Positions 46,339 to 60,500 of a stretch of 64,000 nucleotides of DNA are shown piece after piece. The first letter of the stretch is position 1. Each line of letters begins with the position of its first letter. The stretch covers positions 1,320,691-1,384,690 of the forward strand of contig ML996689.1 of NCBI GenBank assembly GCA_010356995.1, written 5' to 3'. This DNA is from Trichodelitschia bisporula. Lineage: Eukaryota. Made by a program: the position numbers and the translations under genes. The notes below the pieces were generated by a model. The model was not told where the DNA came from and made no database searches. It saw only the letters and a list, made by a program, of their open reading frames with translations.

Positions 46339-49300
46339 ATGGAGGCGGTGACGGACGTCTCCCCCTTGGACACCGAGTGCGCGTCGACGCCCCGAAAGCA
46401 TGCAGAGGGTGGACATCTCGCCACCGACTCCCTCGTCACAATTAGCCTATCCGAGTCCGACAGTACGCGGCCGCAGACTCTGAGCGCCGATGGGGTCAAG
46501 TCCGAGCGGGCCACCACAAGCTCAGAGGCGCAGTCGATGGACGATGCGTCAAAGACGGACTCTTTCGAGTTTCCCGACAGTTCCTCTCCGAATGAGGATG
46601 ATGCGGAGGATACCTCGAACGAGAGCCAGGGACAGGCTGCCGATTCCCCTGCGTCCCTCAGCGGACGGAGTCGGAGCGGAAGCACCGATTCAAATCACAG
46701 CATTCAGGTGGATTGGGAGAAGCTGGATAAGACAGAGCAGCGGGAGGATGCAGGTTCTGAATCTGATGAGGTATGCGCAGCTATTCAGCCTCGTCAATGT
46801 TTTGCTGACTCTCGCAGCAAACCACTCTCCTCCTGGCTCGTTTGGAGCAGGAAAACAACGCCATTGCCACGGATCCCAAATCCGCCCTGAAATCCCGACT
46901 CCGTACCCAATCCCGCCCGCCTTCCATCCAACAGCTAAGGAAGCTTGTACAGGAGCAAGGGGCGCGGTCGGTTCGCTTCTCCATGCTCCCAGCGGCGGCA
47001 CCGATGACCGAACTTGACTTCTGGGCTGCCCTGGTGCGCGATTACTCGCAAACTGCCCAGCGACTCCCAACCGTCACGTCCACCAAGATTCGGGGCGGCA
47101 TACCTGCTCCTTTGCGTGGAGTTGTATGGGTGAGCATGGCTGGAGCTCGTGATCGCTTTATCGAGGAGCAGTACGAAAAGCTGTGTGGAGAGTCTAGCCC
47201 GTACGAAAACATCATCAACAAGGATATTGGGAGAAGTTTTCCGGGTGTTGAGATGTTTAGAGATCCGGCCGGGGAAGGACAAAAGATGCTGGGACGTGTT
47301 TTGAAGTGTTACAGCCTGTACGACGACAAGATTGGCTATTGTCAAGGCCTGGGGTTCCTCGTAGGACCGCTCTTGATGAACATGGGAGAGAAGCAGGCTT
47401 TTTGCGTACTTGTTCGGTATGAAGCTGTTCTCTAGCTAAAGATTATCTGCTAACCTTTGCAGGCTGATGGAAGACTACGACTTGAGGTCATGCTTCCTTC
47501 CCGACCTTTCAGGCTTGCATCTCCGGATCTATCAGTTTCAGAAGCTTCTTCACCAACATGTTCCCAAACTCGCCGCTCATCTGGATTCGCTCGGGGTCGA
47601 GGGCGCCTATCTTTCGCAATGGTTCTTGTCATTCTTCGCGGTCACCTGTCCGCTGCCTATGCTATTCCGCATTTACGACGTCATTTTCGCCGAAGGGGCT
47701 TCGGAAACGATCATGCGTGTGGCGCTATCTATCATGAAACGCAACGAAAAGAAGCTCATCGGATTTACCGAGTTCGAGGATGCTATGCAGCTTCTGCTTT
47801 CCCGTGCGTTGTGGGATCCATACGGACTCAATGCGACGTCTGCAGACGAATTCGTCGACGACTTCTGCGGGTTCACTAGTGTGGTCACAAGGGACAGTCT
47901 CCAAGCGCTGGAGGCTAGCTTCCGTGAGGTCCAGACCGGTGATTCTCCCGGAGGGCGCATGAGCTTTTTCCCCGACGTTCAGTCAGCGGCATCTAGGTTT
48001 CTGGGGCGGCTTTGGATATCATCTCACACGCCTTCCAAATCGACAACGGCATCTTTGACCCCAGCTCTGGTTGCGCCACCGAGGCCGGACAGCGTGCTGC
48101 TCCGTACCCCTTCGAAACAGAGTCTCGCCACGTTGAACTCAATCAATTCAATAGAAGGGACTTCCGACGGATCTGGTAGCACTCTCAGCACGGCTGTCAC
48201 CGAGGCTTCCATTATGTCCAGGGAGTCTTGTGCGGATCTCGCCTCGCTGAAGTCAATCAAATCTCCGACGGATCCTAGCCGGTTAACAACTTCCAGCAGA
48301 GACAAGGGGCTCCACGGCCAGATTGAAGATCTCTTGACCGCCTTGAGTGAGACGCAGCGCGAGCATGCTGTTTCCGCGGCGCAGTTGGAGCGAGAGCGTG
48401 AGGAACGTGCGGAAGATCGGCTGCTTATCCGATCGCTCATGCAGCAGCTGAAGAAGGAAGTGGCGTTGAGACCTGCGAAATTCACTCATAAGCGAGCCAC
48501 TTCTGAACTTCCCATTCCTCGAGATGGACAGAATTCATCAACCCGCTATGTGTCTGAATCTGCTCAATCCTTGATCGAAGCGGTGGATTCTCGGTTTTCT
48601 GCGAAGCATACGGATAGACAGTCCTCGCTTTACGAGACGAAGGCGCAGCTTCGGATGTCGGTGGATGCCTTGAAGGAGCAGCTGCGCAACGAGGCATCGA
48701 AGAACCGGGAGCTGACCCGCCAGTTGTCTGAGAAGGACCTAGAAGCAGACGGCATTCGGGACGAACTTCAAAAGGCTCGCGCTCGGATAAAGGATGGATA
48801 CGTCGAGAAACAGCGGCTGGAACAGACCGTTCTCGACCTGCGTCAGGTTACACGGCAAAACAGTGGGCTCAGCCGATCCCCATCTCGGTCAGGCTCGGAT
48901 ATCTCCCTACCGGACAGCGCCTTTACACCAAGCCGGTCGGACACCCTTGAGACGGACGCCTCAAGCACCACTGGCCTGCGAGAGTTCAAGCTGATCAGCG
49001 CGATCCGGCCTAAACGTGCTACGCAAGTTTTCAACAAGCGCACTTCCAGTCTCGTCACGCAGCCCGTCCTGTCAACTGAAAAGAACGCACCACCTTCTGA
49101 AGAATCGTTGCTGCTTGAGCTGGTCAACGCTAAGACAGCAGAGGCTGTTGCTCGCCAGGAACTCGAGGAGCTCAGGGCCCGCTTCGAGGCACTGCGCAAG
49201 ATGCTTAATATTACGAGCCCATTACCATCCCCCTTGGCCACCGACGAACCCATCAACTACACCAAAACTCCTATCACTAAGACACCCGAAAGTACGAAGA

Positions 49301-49413
49301 CTGCAACACCCAGCAGTGGCGGCTGGGGCCCACCGAGCGGCTTCTTCGGCTGGGGCAAGCGCAGTGCCAGCACTGCCAATGTCCCGACCATCACTGCGGA
49401 ACACAGCAAGTGA
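46339..49413 (+). CDS. TBC-domain Rab GTPase-activating protein with C-terminal coiled coil (Gyp5/EVI5-like)
   Basis: Introns 46771-46817 and 47417-47462. GIPAPLRGVVW, arginine finger INKDIGRSFP, glutamine finger GYCQG, YLSQWFLSFF. Confidence 0.92.
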
Positions 49414-50066
49414 GGGAAACTCTGTACTGATATGAACCTGGACATATCGCGCATCGGGCATTTGTTGGTTATAGACGTGGGCGTCATGATCCCGTCCACT
49501 GTTTGTACATTTCGAGTTATCAGAGCGATCTTTGTCCAGCGGTTACTGTCTTCGTTAATACCCCTGAGCTGGTGTTCCATCTGTACGTTTATTGGGAAAG
49601 TTTGATGGGAGGTCATTGGCGGTATCTCGCCCCCCTCTTCTAGATATTGTGTTAGTACCTAGTCAACTGTGACTCGGGCTTCAATAGGCCTCCATGGAAT
49701 CAAATCCATTATCCCATCACATCGAGCAAAGTCTGAATTTTATGTGACGTGACGTCTGGAATGTATGTGATAAGTACACGAGATGATTCTGGACCAATCA
49801 AATGCTTTCCCCTGGGTACAAACTAAACCTCAGATGCGTCGGGCCTTAAGAGGAGAGGTTGAGATGCGTCAAGATTCTGTGACCTTAATCTAGTGCCAAG
49901 CCCTTAGCGGGGCAAACGTGACCACGTAGACCTCTCGCGACACCGTGGAAACCTGGACGCGTAACCAAATTGTCGGGCCTTATCGCGAAACTGACCCGAA
50001 GTCTGAATATCTCCGTAACAACTTCCATATCTCATTATTTTGAGCTGGAGGCTGCCAGCTCACGAA

Positions 50067-51889
50067 ATGTCTTCTAATTCCCCGTCCTCCTTCGAGGGCT
50101 TTCCTCCCGAACCAGATCAGCGGCCGGTGAAGCAGCTTCCTTACCAGCTCCGACACAACATAGCCGTCTTCTTTGAAGAGCATCAGTGTATGTCCATACT
50201 TCCTGCTCGGAGCATAGCTGATGCATCTAGATCTGGAGGGTTTCGCCTTCCTACGGGAGATCACCTCAAGCGGTACCTCTTCGACCAACTCCGCAGGCCC
50301 GCTCACTGGCTTCAAGCCGCTACCGCAACATCTCGCTTGCGCCGCGACTATCGCCCTACACCCTCAGTTCTCAACCCGTGCGAAGACAGAAGAGGACAGA
50401 CAGGCGGCATTTGAGGCGCTTCGGTTCCTAGACGCCGTCCTTCGGGTCGTTGGGCCTATCGGCGCTGATTTCGGAGAGGCGTTTATGTTCCAAGATGCCA
50501 ACCATCGCCGGCACTTGAAGCGGAGGGCCACTAGCGATGAAGAGTACGACTCGGATAGACTGAATACGCCATTTGCGCACGAGAAAAGCCTGTTCAATCA
50601 AGTGGAGGACTTCTGGAGCGTCGTTGGGTGGGCATTCAATTGTTCTGTCGCGCATAAAGGCCGTTGGGCCGTCTGGCAACCATGGCTCGCGTTCATGGTC
50701 GATTTACTGGATGAGGACCTGAGGAGCCGCGTGCTATTTTTCGCTGCGACGGGCGAAGTCCAGGTTGTGCAGAAAAGTTTGCTAGCGATTTACGTCAATA
50801 AGCAGGGATGGACCGGTCGCCGGAATATCATGAACGCCATTCTTGCGGACGGAACGCAGACTTCGCTGAATATGTTTGGAGAGGTTTGGAAGGACGAGAC
50901 GAAAGGGCGCAAAGAAACCAAAGTCGAGCCAGCCAAAAAACTCGACATCATGGATGATAAGTGGGGAGATTACGCCGCCGCCGAATACGAAAAGGACGAC
51001 GTAGAAGATGAGCCGACAGAAGATGACAAGGACACCGAGCTAGAGGTGGATATGAGCTGCAGCGTTCAGCGGTTAGGCGGCCAGGACTCCGTGGAGCTGC
51101 GGGAGCATTTCATACGCCTAGTAAGAATGTCTTGAGATACCAGGTTCTAGCTAATATGTACTCCAGCTGTTCGCGTTGTGTGCTAATGCCCCCCCAGGAG
51201 AATTCATGGCTCTGGACCAGCTATGCGACCTCTGTACGGAGTCTTTGCCCAAGCTACCCATAGGCACATACTCCTCCTTCCTTGCGAGATTGGAATTGCC
51301 ACCTCATGCGGAAGCAGCTTTGCTGCTTAATATTATATTTTCCTTCCTCCCGAATCGCCCTGCGAACGTCGACCTCTTCAGCATCACGCAGCCCATCCTG
51401 GTCGCTCGATATTTTCCATACCCTGCGAACAGTTCAGAAACCATCGACCAAGCCAAAATGAGCCTGGCCACTGAGGCACTGCTGCTGAACTTGATAAACC
51501 AGAAGATGCTGGATCCTGACGAGAAGCTGATCTCGTCCATCAAGAAGGGTGTTGACAAGAGACGTGAGAAGGCCAAGCGCGATACCAGACGCAGGGATAA
51601 GAGCAAGGTCGCTGAGCAAGCTGCTGCTAAACTGCAGCTCGAACTGAGCGCGGAGCGGATCCAGACGATCATTGGTTTACTCCAATTAGGCGAGTCCATG
51701 TTGTCCTTGTAATGTAACCGGAAAGACGGACTGAATGCTAACGTATGCACAGAATCTGGAACCGCGGATGATTTTCCGCATGAGCCCTCGTCCGAATTAT
51801 CTTCTCTCGGGAATTCGTCTGGTGACGAGACCATCATCGACTGGTAAGTTTCTTACAGGTTATCCAAAGCCTTGCTGACGCAATACAGA
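50067..51889 (+). CDS. Hypothetical protein of unknown function
   Basis: Introns 50188-50230, 51121-51166, 51690-51752 (GC donor), 51844-51888 (splits the TGA). Trp-rich block FWSVVGWAFNCS..RWAVWQPWL. If the GC intron is not used the ORF stops at 51712. Confidence 0.75.
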
Positions 51890-51935
51890 AAGGAGCATCG
51901 ATACCAAACCATGTTTCCAGAAACCAAGATCTGCC

Positions 51936-54085
51936 CTACGCCGGATGTGCCGCCCCATCTCCCCGAGGATCGCTTCCCGCACTGTACACAATCTGCCCAT
52001 CGTCGTGATGGACTCGGATCACCTGACCACGACCGAATAACCCTCGGGCATGGCCCTTGACGACCTGCACCTCATGCCCCATTTCCCTCAACTGCTCCAC
52101 CACCTCCTCCGAAATCCCCTCCTCCAGATTCACCATCCGGCTAAACACCTTCCCGTCATTCGGCATCCCGGCGCCTACGCAAAAACGCGGCGCATCTAAT
52201 GCCGCCTGCGGTGAATGTCCAAAAGCTAGCATGTTCAACAACACTTGCACGTGGCCCTGCGGCTGCATGAAGCCCCCCATGACGCCGTACACGCTGTGCA
52301 GGCTCTTGTCTTTGGGATTAGTAATGAGCGCTGGGATGATGGTGTGATACGGTCGCTTGCCGGGCGCATAGACGTTGGGATGGTCGGCACTGAGCGAGAA
52401 ATTGGCGCCCCGGTTTTGCAGCGTGAACCCGCAGCCAGCGGGGATGATGGCCGTGCCGAAACCGCCGTAGTTGCTGTTTATGAAACTGATCCCGTTGCCC
52501 CACCGGTCCGTCACGGCGAAGTACACAGTGTCGCAGTGGTTGTGTGCCGGCGAGCCGTGGTCTAGGATATCGGATGCTTTGTGTGGGTCGAAGAGCTTTG
52601 CGCGCTCGGCGAGGTATTCGCGAGAGAGGAGTTCTTTGGTGGGCACTTTGACGACGTTTGGGTCTGTCACCCACCAGCTTGCGTCGGCGAAGGCGATGCG
52701 CAGGACTTCGATCACGGCGTGGAGATGTCTTATCTGTCCGTTAGCCCAGCTTCCATAGTCCCACAAATCCGTACTCACTCGGCGCTGTTATGTTCCTCCG
52801 GCTTCCACTTCCGCACCTTCCCCGTCCTTTCCAACTCCTCCAACAACCCCAGCGCCATAAGCGCCACAATCCCCTGCCCGTTCGGCGGATGCTCCCACAC
52901 ATCCACGCCGCCATGCTCAGCATTAACCCCCTGCCCCTTAAAGTTCAGCGTAATCGCCTCAACGCCCTCACTCCCCGTCTCGCCATGCTTCCGCAAATCA
53001 TCCAGCGTCAAATGGCCCCCCAGATCCGCGACTACCTTGACAATAGCCTCCGCAACGGCGCCCTCGTAAAACCCCTTCCGCCCCCGCTCCCCAAGCGCAC
53101 GGAACGTCGCCGCCATAGCCGGGTTCTTCATCACCTCACCCGCGCGCGGCGCGCGACACCCATCCGGCGCCGCGGGGTCGGACTTCAGGATTTCGGCGTA
53201 GTTAGACGAGGCGGCCTTGATTTCCGCCTCTGAATCTTTCCACTGCTCTCGTTAACCCCTTTCCCACAAGCTTAACCTGGGAGGGGGACGCACAAACCGC
53301 GCCGCCAACTCATGCACCGCAAACCCCTCCTCCGCCATCTCGACCGCCGGCGCCAGCACTTCACTTAAACTGACTTTCCCCACGCCAAACCGCTCCACAA
53401 CATCGACCCACCCCGCCGCCGCCCCGGGCACAGTAACCGCATGCACGCTCGTCATGGGTATAGCGCCCACCTCCCCCTCTCTCAAGCCCAACTCCCGCCT
53501 AACCTGCTCTAAGCTCGTACCCCCCCCCGCGCGCCCCGATCCGTTGAGCGCGTGCACGGTGCGATCTGAAGCGCGGTAGAACAGGCAGAACATGTCGCCG
53601 CCGATACCCGTGCTGCTGGGCTCGGTGACATTAAGGGCTGCAGCAACTGCCACGGCCGCATCCTGCTATGTTAGCTAGGCCGGTTAAGCCGGTGGGGCAA
53701 TTACCGCGGCGTTGCCCCCCTGGGCGAGGATCTTGAGCCCTGCCTGGCTGGCCAGCGGTTGCGTAGACGTTACGATCCCGTGCGTGCTGTGGACTGTGCT
53801 GCGGCGGGAGGGGAAGGACATGAAGGGGGTGGGCGGGGAAGTGTGGACTGCGGCGGCGGTGAGGACGGAGGGGGGGGGTGGGGAAGAGGCGGCGGGGAGG
53901 GACGGTACGGCCGTGGGTGAGGCTACAGCCGTGGGTGAGGTGGGTTCTGCGCCATTGGGTTTGCTTGTGGAGGGTTCGGCGCCATTGGAGTGTTCTGGCT
54001 TGTCCGCTTTGGACTCACGCCGGCCGGATAGGGCGGAGGACGTCCGGCGGTGGAGGCCGCGGAGGTAGGACTTGAGGGCGGCCAT
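51936..54085 (-). CDS. Gamma-glutamyltranspeptidase / glutathione hydrolase family (Ntn hydrolase, no signal anchor)
   Basis: Introns 53663-53704, 53243-53293, 52729-52778. Motifs [38 protein letters not shown], nucleophile [34 protein letters not shown]. Confidence 0.92.
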
Positions 54086-54703
54086 CGTGAGTCAATTGAG
54101 GAGTTAGGGGATGGGCTAAAGCTGTAAGACGGGACTAATGGGAGCTTATATAGGCGGCTGATCTGACGGGAGCTGCAGGCGGGATACAGTATGCGGGGAG
54201 CTGCAGGCGTGCGGGTCCGAGGGTTCTTGCGTCTTCACCGCCGGACCCGGGGGCTAGATCTCAATAAATATGTGTCCCGGCAAAGGTCAATTGCGAACTG
54301 TGCGGGGGGCGACAATTGAGGCGATCTGCAGAGTGGGATACCTTGGTCACGCTCCCGGGACCATGTGGGTTGGGGGGCGGCATTGAGGTGCGGGATGAAG
54401 ACGCGATCTTATTCCCGTCGCCGCTTGGGTGGTAGAGATGCCGGACTCTGGAGATAGGCCCGGCGGGCCATAATTTAGACTATCCGCAGAACTAGCCGTG
54501 AAGCTTGAGCTTGCAAGTGGCGATCCACTCGGGTCACGTAGAGATGTTTACAAACCTCAATTGCTCGTCGTCGGAGCTCGAGGCAACTCGATTCATCCCG
54601 AGCTCGGGGCGCCCTTGAAGCTCCGACGTCACTCCGCCAAGCCCGTGTTCCGATTCGATGAAAATTTCTGGGGGAGTGACGAGAGCTGAACTCTGCTGAA
54701 GCC

Positions 54704-56055
54704 ATGTTTTATACACCATGGATATGTACACGATGTCTCGTCCGGACGACTAGGCGCCTTGGGGGCCGCCAATTGCGGTGGCATAGCTCTGGTAAGTACG
54801 GACAGGGAAGGTGAGAGTTGCGACTGACGGGTTTAGCTGCGCCTACGCTTGCGAGCACGAGTACGAGCAAGCCCATATACCCCGCGCTGTTGGAGAGAGC
54901 GCGCGCGATATCCAAGGAACATGCATCGCTTTCCCAGCAGCTGGCTGAGAACTTTGACACGAAGACGGCGAAAAAGGCTGGCGAGCTCGCGACCGTGGTG
55001 GACGCATTGAAGCAATGGGAGGCGGCCAACGATGTATTCCAACAGACCCTCAGATCGCTCAGCTCTAACAAAACCAGGCCTACACCGAACTCTCCACCCT
55101 AATCCACGACTCCAAAACCGACCCCGAACTCCTCGCCCTTGCCTCCGACGACCTGCCCTCCACCACCACCGCCCTCGAATCCGCCACAGCCACCCTAACC
55201 CAAACCCTCGTCCCAAAACACCCCTTCGCCTCTTTCCCTTGCCTCATAGAAATCCGTCCCGGGGCTGGCGGCGGCGAAGCGTCTATCTTCGCCGCCGACC
55301 TCCTGCGCATGTACACCGCGTACTGCGCGGCTCATAATCTGCGCGCGCAACTCGTGAAGCGCGAAACTGCCGATGGGGTGGAGGACATGATCACGGAAGC
55401 GATTCTTGAGGTTGAGACTCCGGGCGCTTACGCCGTGCTCCGCGGCGAAGCGGGCGTGCACCGCGTGCAGCGCGTCCCGGCGACTGAGACCAAGGGGCGT
55501 ACACACACGAGCTCCGCTGCGGTCATGGTGCTCCCCAGCTTCCCGGCTAACGACGAGGCCGGTGAGCTCGGGTTCGAGGACCCGGGCAGCGATTACTACA
55601 TCGATCCCAAGGAGGTTCGGCTCGATGTGATGCGCGCGAGCGGCGCGGGCGGGCAGCACGTCAACAAGACGGAGAGCGCGGTGCGGCTCGTACATTTGCC
55701 TACTAACACGGTAGTGTTCATCCAGGAGAGCAGGAGCCAGCTGAGAAACAGAGAGCAGGCGTGGCAGCTGCTGCGGGCGCGGATCGCGGCACAGAGGCGT
55801 GAGGCGCGCGAGGAAGAGTTATTAAAGATGCGGAGGGGGGTTGTCGGGGTGGCGCGCATTGGGCGGGGAGACAAGATCCGCACGTATAACTGGCAGCAGC
55901 AGCGGATTACGGATCATAGGAGTGGGCTCACGGTGCATGGGATTGAGGGGGTTATGGCGGGGGGGCCGAATTTGGAGAAGATCATGCAGAGTGTCCGGGT
56001 TTGGCTTGCGGAGCGCGAGATGGAGGATCTTATCGCGACGGAGAGCGGGAAGTAG
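54704..56055 (+). CDS. MRF1: Mitochondrial class I peptide chain release factor
   Basis: Presequence-like MFYTPWICTRCLVRTTRRLGGRQLRWHSS; introns 54792-54836, 55034-55077; EIRPGAGGGEA, GVHRVQRVPAT (PxT), GAGGQHVNKTES, KIRTYN. Confidence 0.93.
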
Positions 56056-56285
56056 ACCGAGGGTGTTGGCGATAGTTTATCGCGGCTTCGGGGCGAGGAC
56101 GGGTGCCGAATTCGGATGCCCCAGTCCGCCTTATCGGGCAATATGCAAGGCTACCCGGCCCTGGGACTAGCTACATGTGATTCAAGCACGAATGTCGTGC
56201 TCGCCATCCCGCAACACCACATATCTATCCCAACTCGAACTCCACCCCCAAACTACCCCGCCTCACGCCCCACCCCTCACCCGAC

Positions 56286-57481
56286 ATGGCCGACCCCACC
56301 ACCTCCCCCCCCCTAACCCGCACCTCCGTCCAAGCCGCCCACGCCATCGTCAAGCCCTACATCCACCTCACCCCCATCCTCACCAGCACAACCCTCAACA
56401 CCATCGCCTCGACCCCTCAAACCCCCGAATCACTAGTCGGCACTCCCTACGAAGACCAAACGCCAGCCCGGCCAACGTTCAACCTCTTCTTCAAATGCGA
56501 GAACCTGCAAAAAATAGGCGCCTTCAAGGCGCGCGGCGCGTTTCATGCGATCTCACGCCTGGCGCCTAAGGAGAGAGCGAAAGGGGTGATTACGCATAGC
56601 TCGGGTAGGTTTGGCTTCCAAAGGCCGTGACAGCCTTGCGCCCTGCACCACCCCCAAATATGCCACCAGCTAACGACGCAGGCAACCACGCTCAAGCCAC
56701 CGCCCTCGCAGCACGCACCTTCGGCATCCCAGCACACATCGTCATGCCCTCCATCAGCACCGCCAGCAAAGTAGCCTCCACGCGCTCCCTCGGCGCGCAG
56801 GTCTACTTCAGCGGCAGCACAGCACCCGAGCGACTGGAGGCCCTCTCCGCCGTACAAGCTGCCAATCCCGGCGCCGTGACGGTGCCGCCGTACGACCACC
56901 CTGACATTATTCTCGGGCAGGGGACGGTGGTGCTGGAATTCGAGGACCAGGTTCAGGGACAGCTGGACGGGAAGGGCGGGTTGGATGCGGTGATCGCGCC
57001 TTTGGGAGGAGGGGGTTTGCTCGCGGGTATAGCGACGGCGATGCAGGGCACCGGGGTGCGGGTTTTCGGCGCGGAGCCCGCATACCAGGGGGGGAATGAT
57101 GGGCAGCGCGGGCTTGCGGCTGGGAAGAGGGTTGAGGAGGTTAGTACGCTGACGATTGCGGATGGGCTGCGGACGCCGGTTGGTTTGCTCAATTGGACGG
57201 TTATTAGCGACGTGGAGAAGGTGAGGGGTGTATTTAGCGTGAGTGAGGAGCAGATTAAGGCGGCGCTGCGGCTGGTGCTGGAGCGGATGAAGGTGGTGAT
57301 TGAGCCGAGTGCGGCGGTGCCGCTCGCGGTGGTGCTGTTTGATGAGGAGTTTAGGAGACTGGTGGAGAGGGAGGCGGGGGAGGGGGGGTGGAATGTTGGC
57401 GTTGTGTTCAGTGGGGGGAATACGACGGTTGAGGCGATTGGGAAGTTGTTTGCTGAAGAGGGCGAGAAGGCTACTGCTTGA
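56286..57481 (+). CDS. PLP-dependent fold-type II serine racemase / threonine (hydroxyaspartate) dehydratase-like enzyme
   Basis: [15 protein letters not shown] (PLP lysine), SSGNH across intron 56605-56681, GQGT, GGGGL, TIADGL, IEPS, SGGN. Confidence 0.92.
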
Positions 57482-57583
57482 TGCTGGATACAAGAGTCCG
57501 CCCCGCTATAGACATTTCCTGAGCTGTAGTACAGGTATATCGCAATTTCCAGCAGCAAGAATATTACATAAAGCACATACACG

Positions 57584-60500
57584 CTATCCGCCGTGGGGCA
57601 ATGGGCATCGCAGTGCCATCGCCCCGTCCCCCCCTGTCTCTGCCCGTCCATCCGCGATGATGGCTTCCTCGAGGCACACCCGGTGGAAGATATGTCGGCA
57701 GGCAAACACAAGCAAAGGCCCCAGATTATCCGCCGGCCTGGTCTGGCCCGCGTCATGCCCTTCCGTACCGACAGCACTCGCTGTGCTGGGCTCCTCACCA
57801 GCCGTAGCTCTCCCCTTGCCCCGCTCCCTTGAATCTTCCGCTGCGGTTCGCCGTTCCGCCATCTTCTTCCTTCTTACCAGCTCCTCCTCCTTCTGCCTCG
57901 CCTCCCATTTCTCCCAAACATCCCCCCCAACGCCCGGCCCCCAAACGCGCCTTTTGCACTTCTCACACGTATTCCCGCGTGGCCGCCACCCTCTTTGGCG
58001 CAGACGGTGAGCCTCCTCAACGTGCTTGAAGAGGTCCTTATCCAGAAATTGGTTGGCGAGGTCGAGAATGGTTTCTTCAAAGGTATACGCAGCGAATATC
58101 TCGGCGAGCACACCGCGAAGGTCGGAAAGCGACGGTGAAGCGTCCGAAGCGCGAGTGAGAAAGGCGCGTAAGATGCGGAGAAATGAGGGGTGCGGTTGCG
58201 TTGCCGGTGGTTGAGGGATGGTTGCTGGGAGCGCGGCTTGGGCTGCTAGTTGAGGTCTGGTGGTAGAGGTGAGGAGGCTTGAAAAGGTCTGCTGGACGAC
58301 GTTGCGCAGCGATAGTGTGACCTTGGAGGGATCGAACGGGCAATCGTCGGGTAAGTCTTTGACTTCGGCGGAGACCTCTCTTGTGACGGCGACGATGACA
58401 TCAACGAGATCTACCCAGAGCTCCTCGTCGAGTTTGAGCTTCTCCTCTTCAAGTTTCGCTTTCCCCTTGCGTTTCGGTTTGGTGTGGTCAGTTATCCGAG
58501 TTTGCCCTTGGCATAGCCAAATGCCGACCTTGGAGTACTTTTCGATGTTTTCCAGAAGAGCTTCAATGGCTTCGGTTGTATTTGCCACGTCTGGACTCTC
58601 ACCAATGGCTCCAATCAGTCCCGTGAGTGCTGTACGCAAAGTCGACATGTGTTTAACCAAGCGGTCCATGGCTTCCCGAACCAACCCATCGCGGACCAGC
58701 AGCACAACAGCCGCATCGATGACTCCACTGCTTTCCATAGCAGGTAGCACCTCCTTGAGCCGCAAATCACCAGACTTCAAAAGGCCAACGTAGTCCGCGA
58801 CGTGTGACGGGTCGAATCTGCACATGAGCCGGACATAACGCTCTTCAAAATCCGTCATGTGCTTCAATGGTGACTCGTGAGCATTGGGGTCGTCGCTCGG
58901 CTCCATCAAAGTCCTCAGCAAGATGAACTGAGCTTGCGAATCCCCTTCCAATTGCGACAAGAAATGCTCTAGGAGGTGAGGCGAGAAAGAATGCAAGATG
59001 TCGGCGGCTTTGACCGTGTCGACGGAAACAAGAATTTTGGCGTTCGTGATGATCACTGCTTCGACGTCGCGAATCTGTTTGGCCGTAAGGCCGGAGCCTG
59101 GCCGCAGGCAGTCGGCGACGCAGTCAAACACGGTTGCCCTGGCGTTTGGATCGTCAAAGTAGGTCTGCACGAGCTGTGCATACAGCTGTAAGCCTTTGTA
59201 CACCGTCTTGAGTACCCTGAAGAATCTGGCCCGCTCAAACAACGGAACCAAGGATTCCAGATCGGAGGGATGGTAAAACGAGAGCAAGTATTCAACGCTC
59301 AGCTGGCAGTCCTCCGCTAACTCATCGGAGGGGTAACTGCAAAGTCCTTCCAGTGTTTTGTGCAGAGTACTGCCCGGAAGAATTATAAACTGGGGAAACT
59401 TAGGCAAGTTTCGTGCGATGAACATGTCCAGGTAAATCGAGTCCTCGGTGCCGAATTCGTCCGACCCCATGAGTTCCATGAGAATGCCGATTATTGTCTG
59501 TCGAGTCGGCAAATGGGTCAAACCCCGCCGGTCGTTCCGGCCAGCGTCCCCGTTCGTCTGCTCGGAAGCCCCATTCAGAAAGTAATCCTCGAAGGCTTCG
59601 TTCAGCATGCTGAGAAAGCTGGGAGTATCAAATCTCAAGATCAATGACAGATACGGATACGGGGGCTCATCATCTTCAACATCCTTCGTCCGCACTAGTT
59701 GACCACTGCCTGGAGGCCAGTCAATGATGTTGCCCGAGAAAAGAAACCGGTACAACTCTGCCTTCGCACGGTACCCATCGGATTCATCCATCTCCACACC
59801 CGCAGGATAGATTCGTCCAGTGAGGGCACAGGCTAGGTAGGTAAACAGCTTCATCCCAGCAGTGGAGTCCCTTGGATCACAGTCCTGCCTGTTTTCCACA
59901 TTGGTTTCAATTCCTTTGAGAAGCGTGAGAAGGTCTATTAGCGGTGTGATGTAGTCACCGATGGCTTGGTTCCAGACATATATCAAGGCATCGTACAGTC
60001 GGTATTTCCTGCAGAGATTCGTGATCTGATGAATATCCATGGTCTGAGTCTCAAGGCGGCAAATCATCTCCTCGAGGCGGTCAGCGCGGTCATTAGATGC
60101 GTAGTGCGAAATTAGATCTTTGAGAACTTGTGGTGGGATAGCCGTGATCTCCTCGTCCAGTATGTACGGCTCCAGGGTATCGAAAAACACGTCTTCTGCC
60201 GATGCGCCTTGGAATGCGTCAAAAACATCCTCAAAAAGGAAATCAAGGTCCTGCATGGTTTTGCAGGCCGCAAACATAGCAGCTGTCAGTTCGCGAAGTT
60301 GGGATCTCCATTCAGATCCTTCGCCCGGTATGTGGCTGAAGGTGTACTTCAAAGAGGCCGACACCATTTCCGACAGCTTCTCCTGCACCAATTCATGCCT
60401 AGCTGCGTCGTCTTCGGGCAGCCCAACGGTGATTTTATCCGTGTCCCCGGCGTAATAAGAGGTAGCGAGTTGAACAGCACTGATGTAGTCGCCCTCCTCC

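Noticed and set aside
51936..57481. GGT plus PLP dehydratase as a metabolic cluster
   Set aside because: Separated by MRF1, with no synthase, transporter or cluster regulator nearby.
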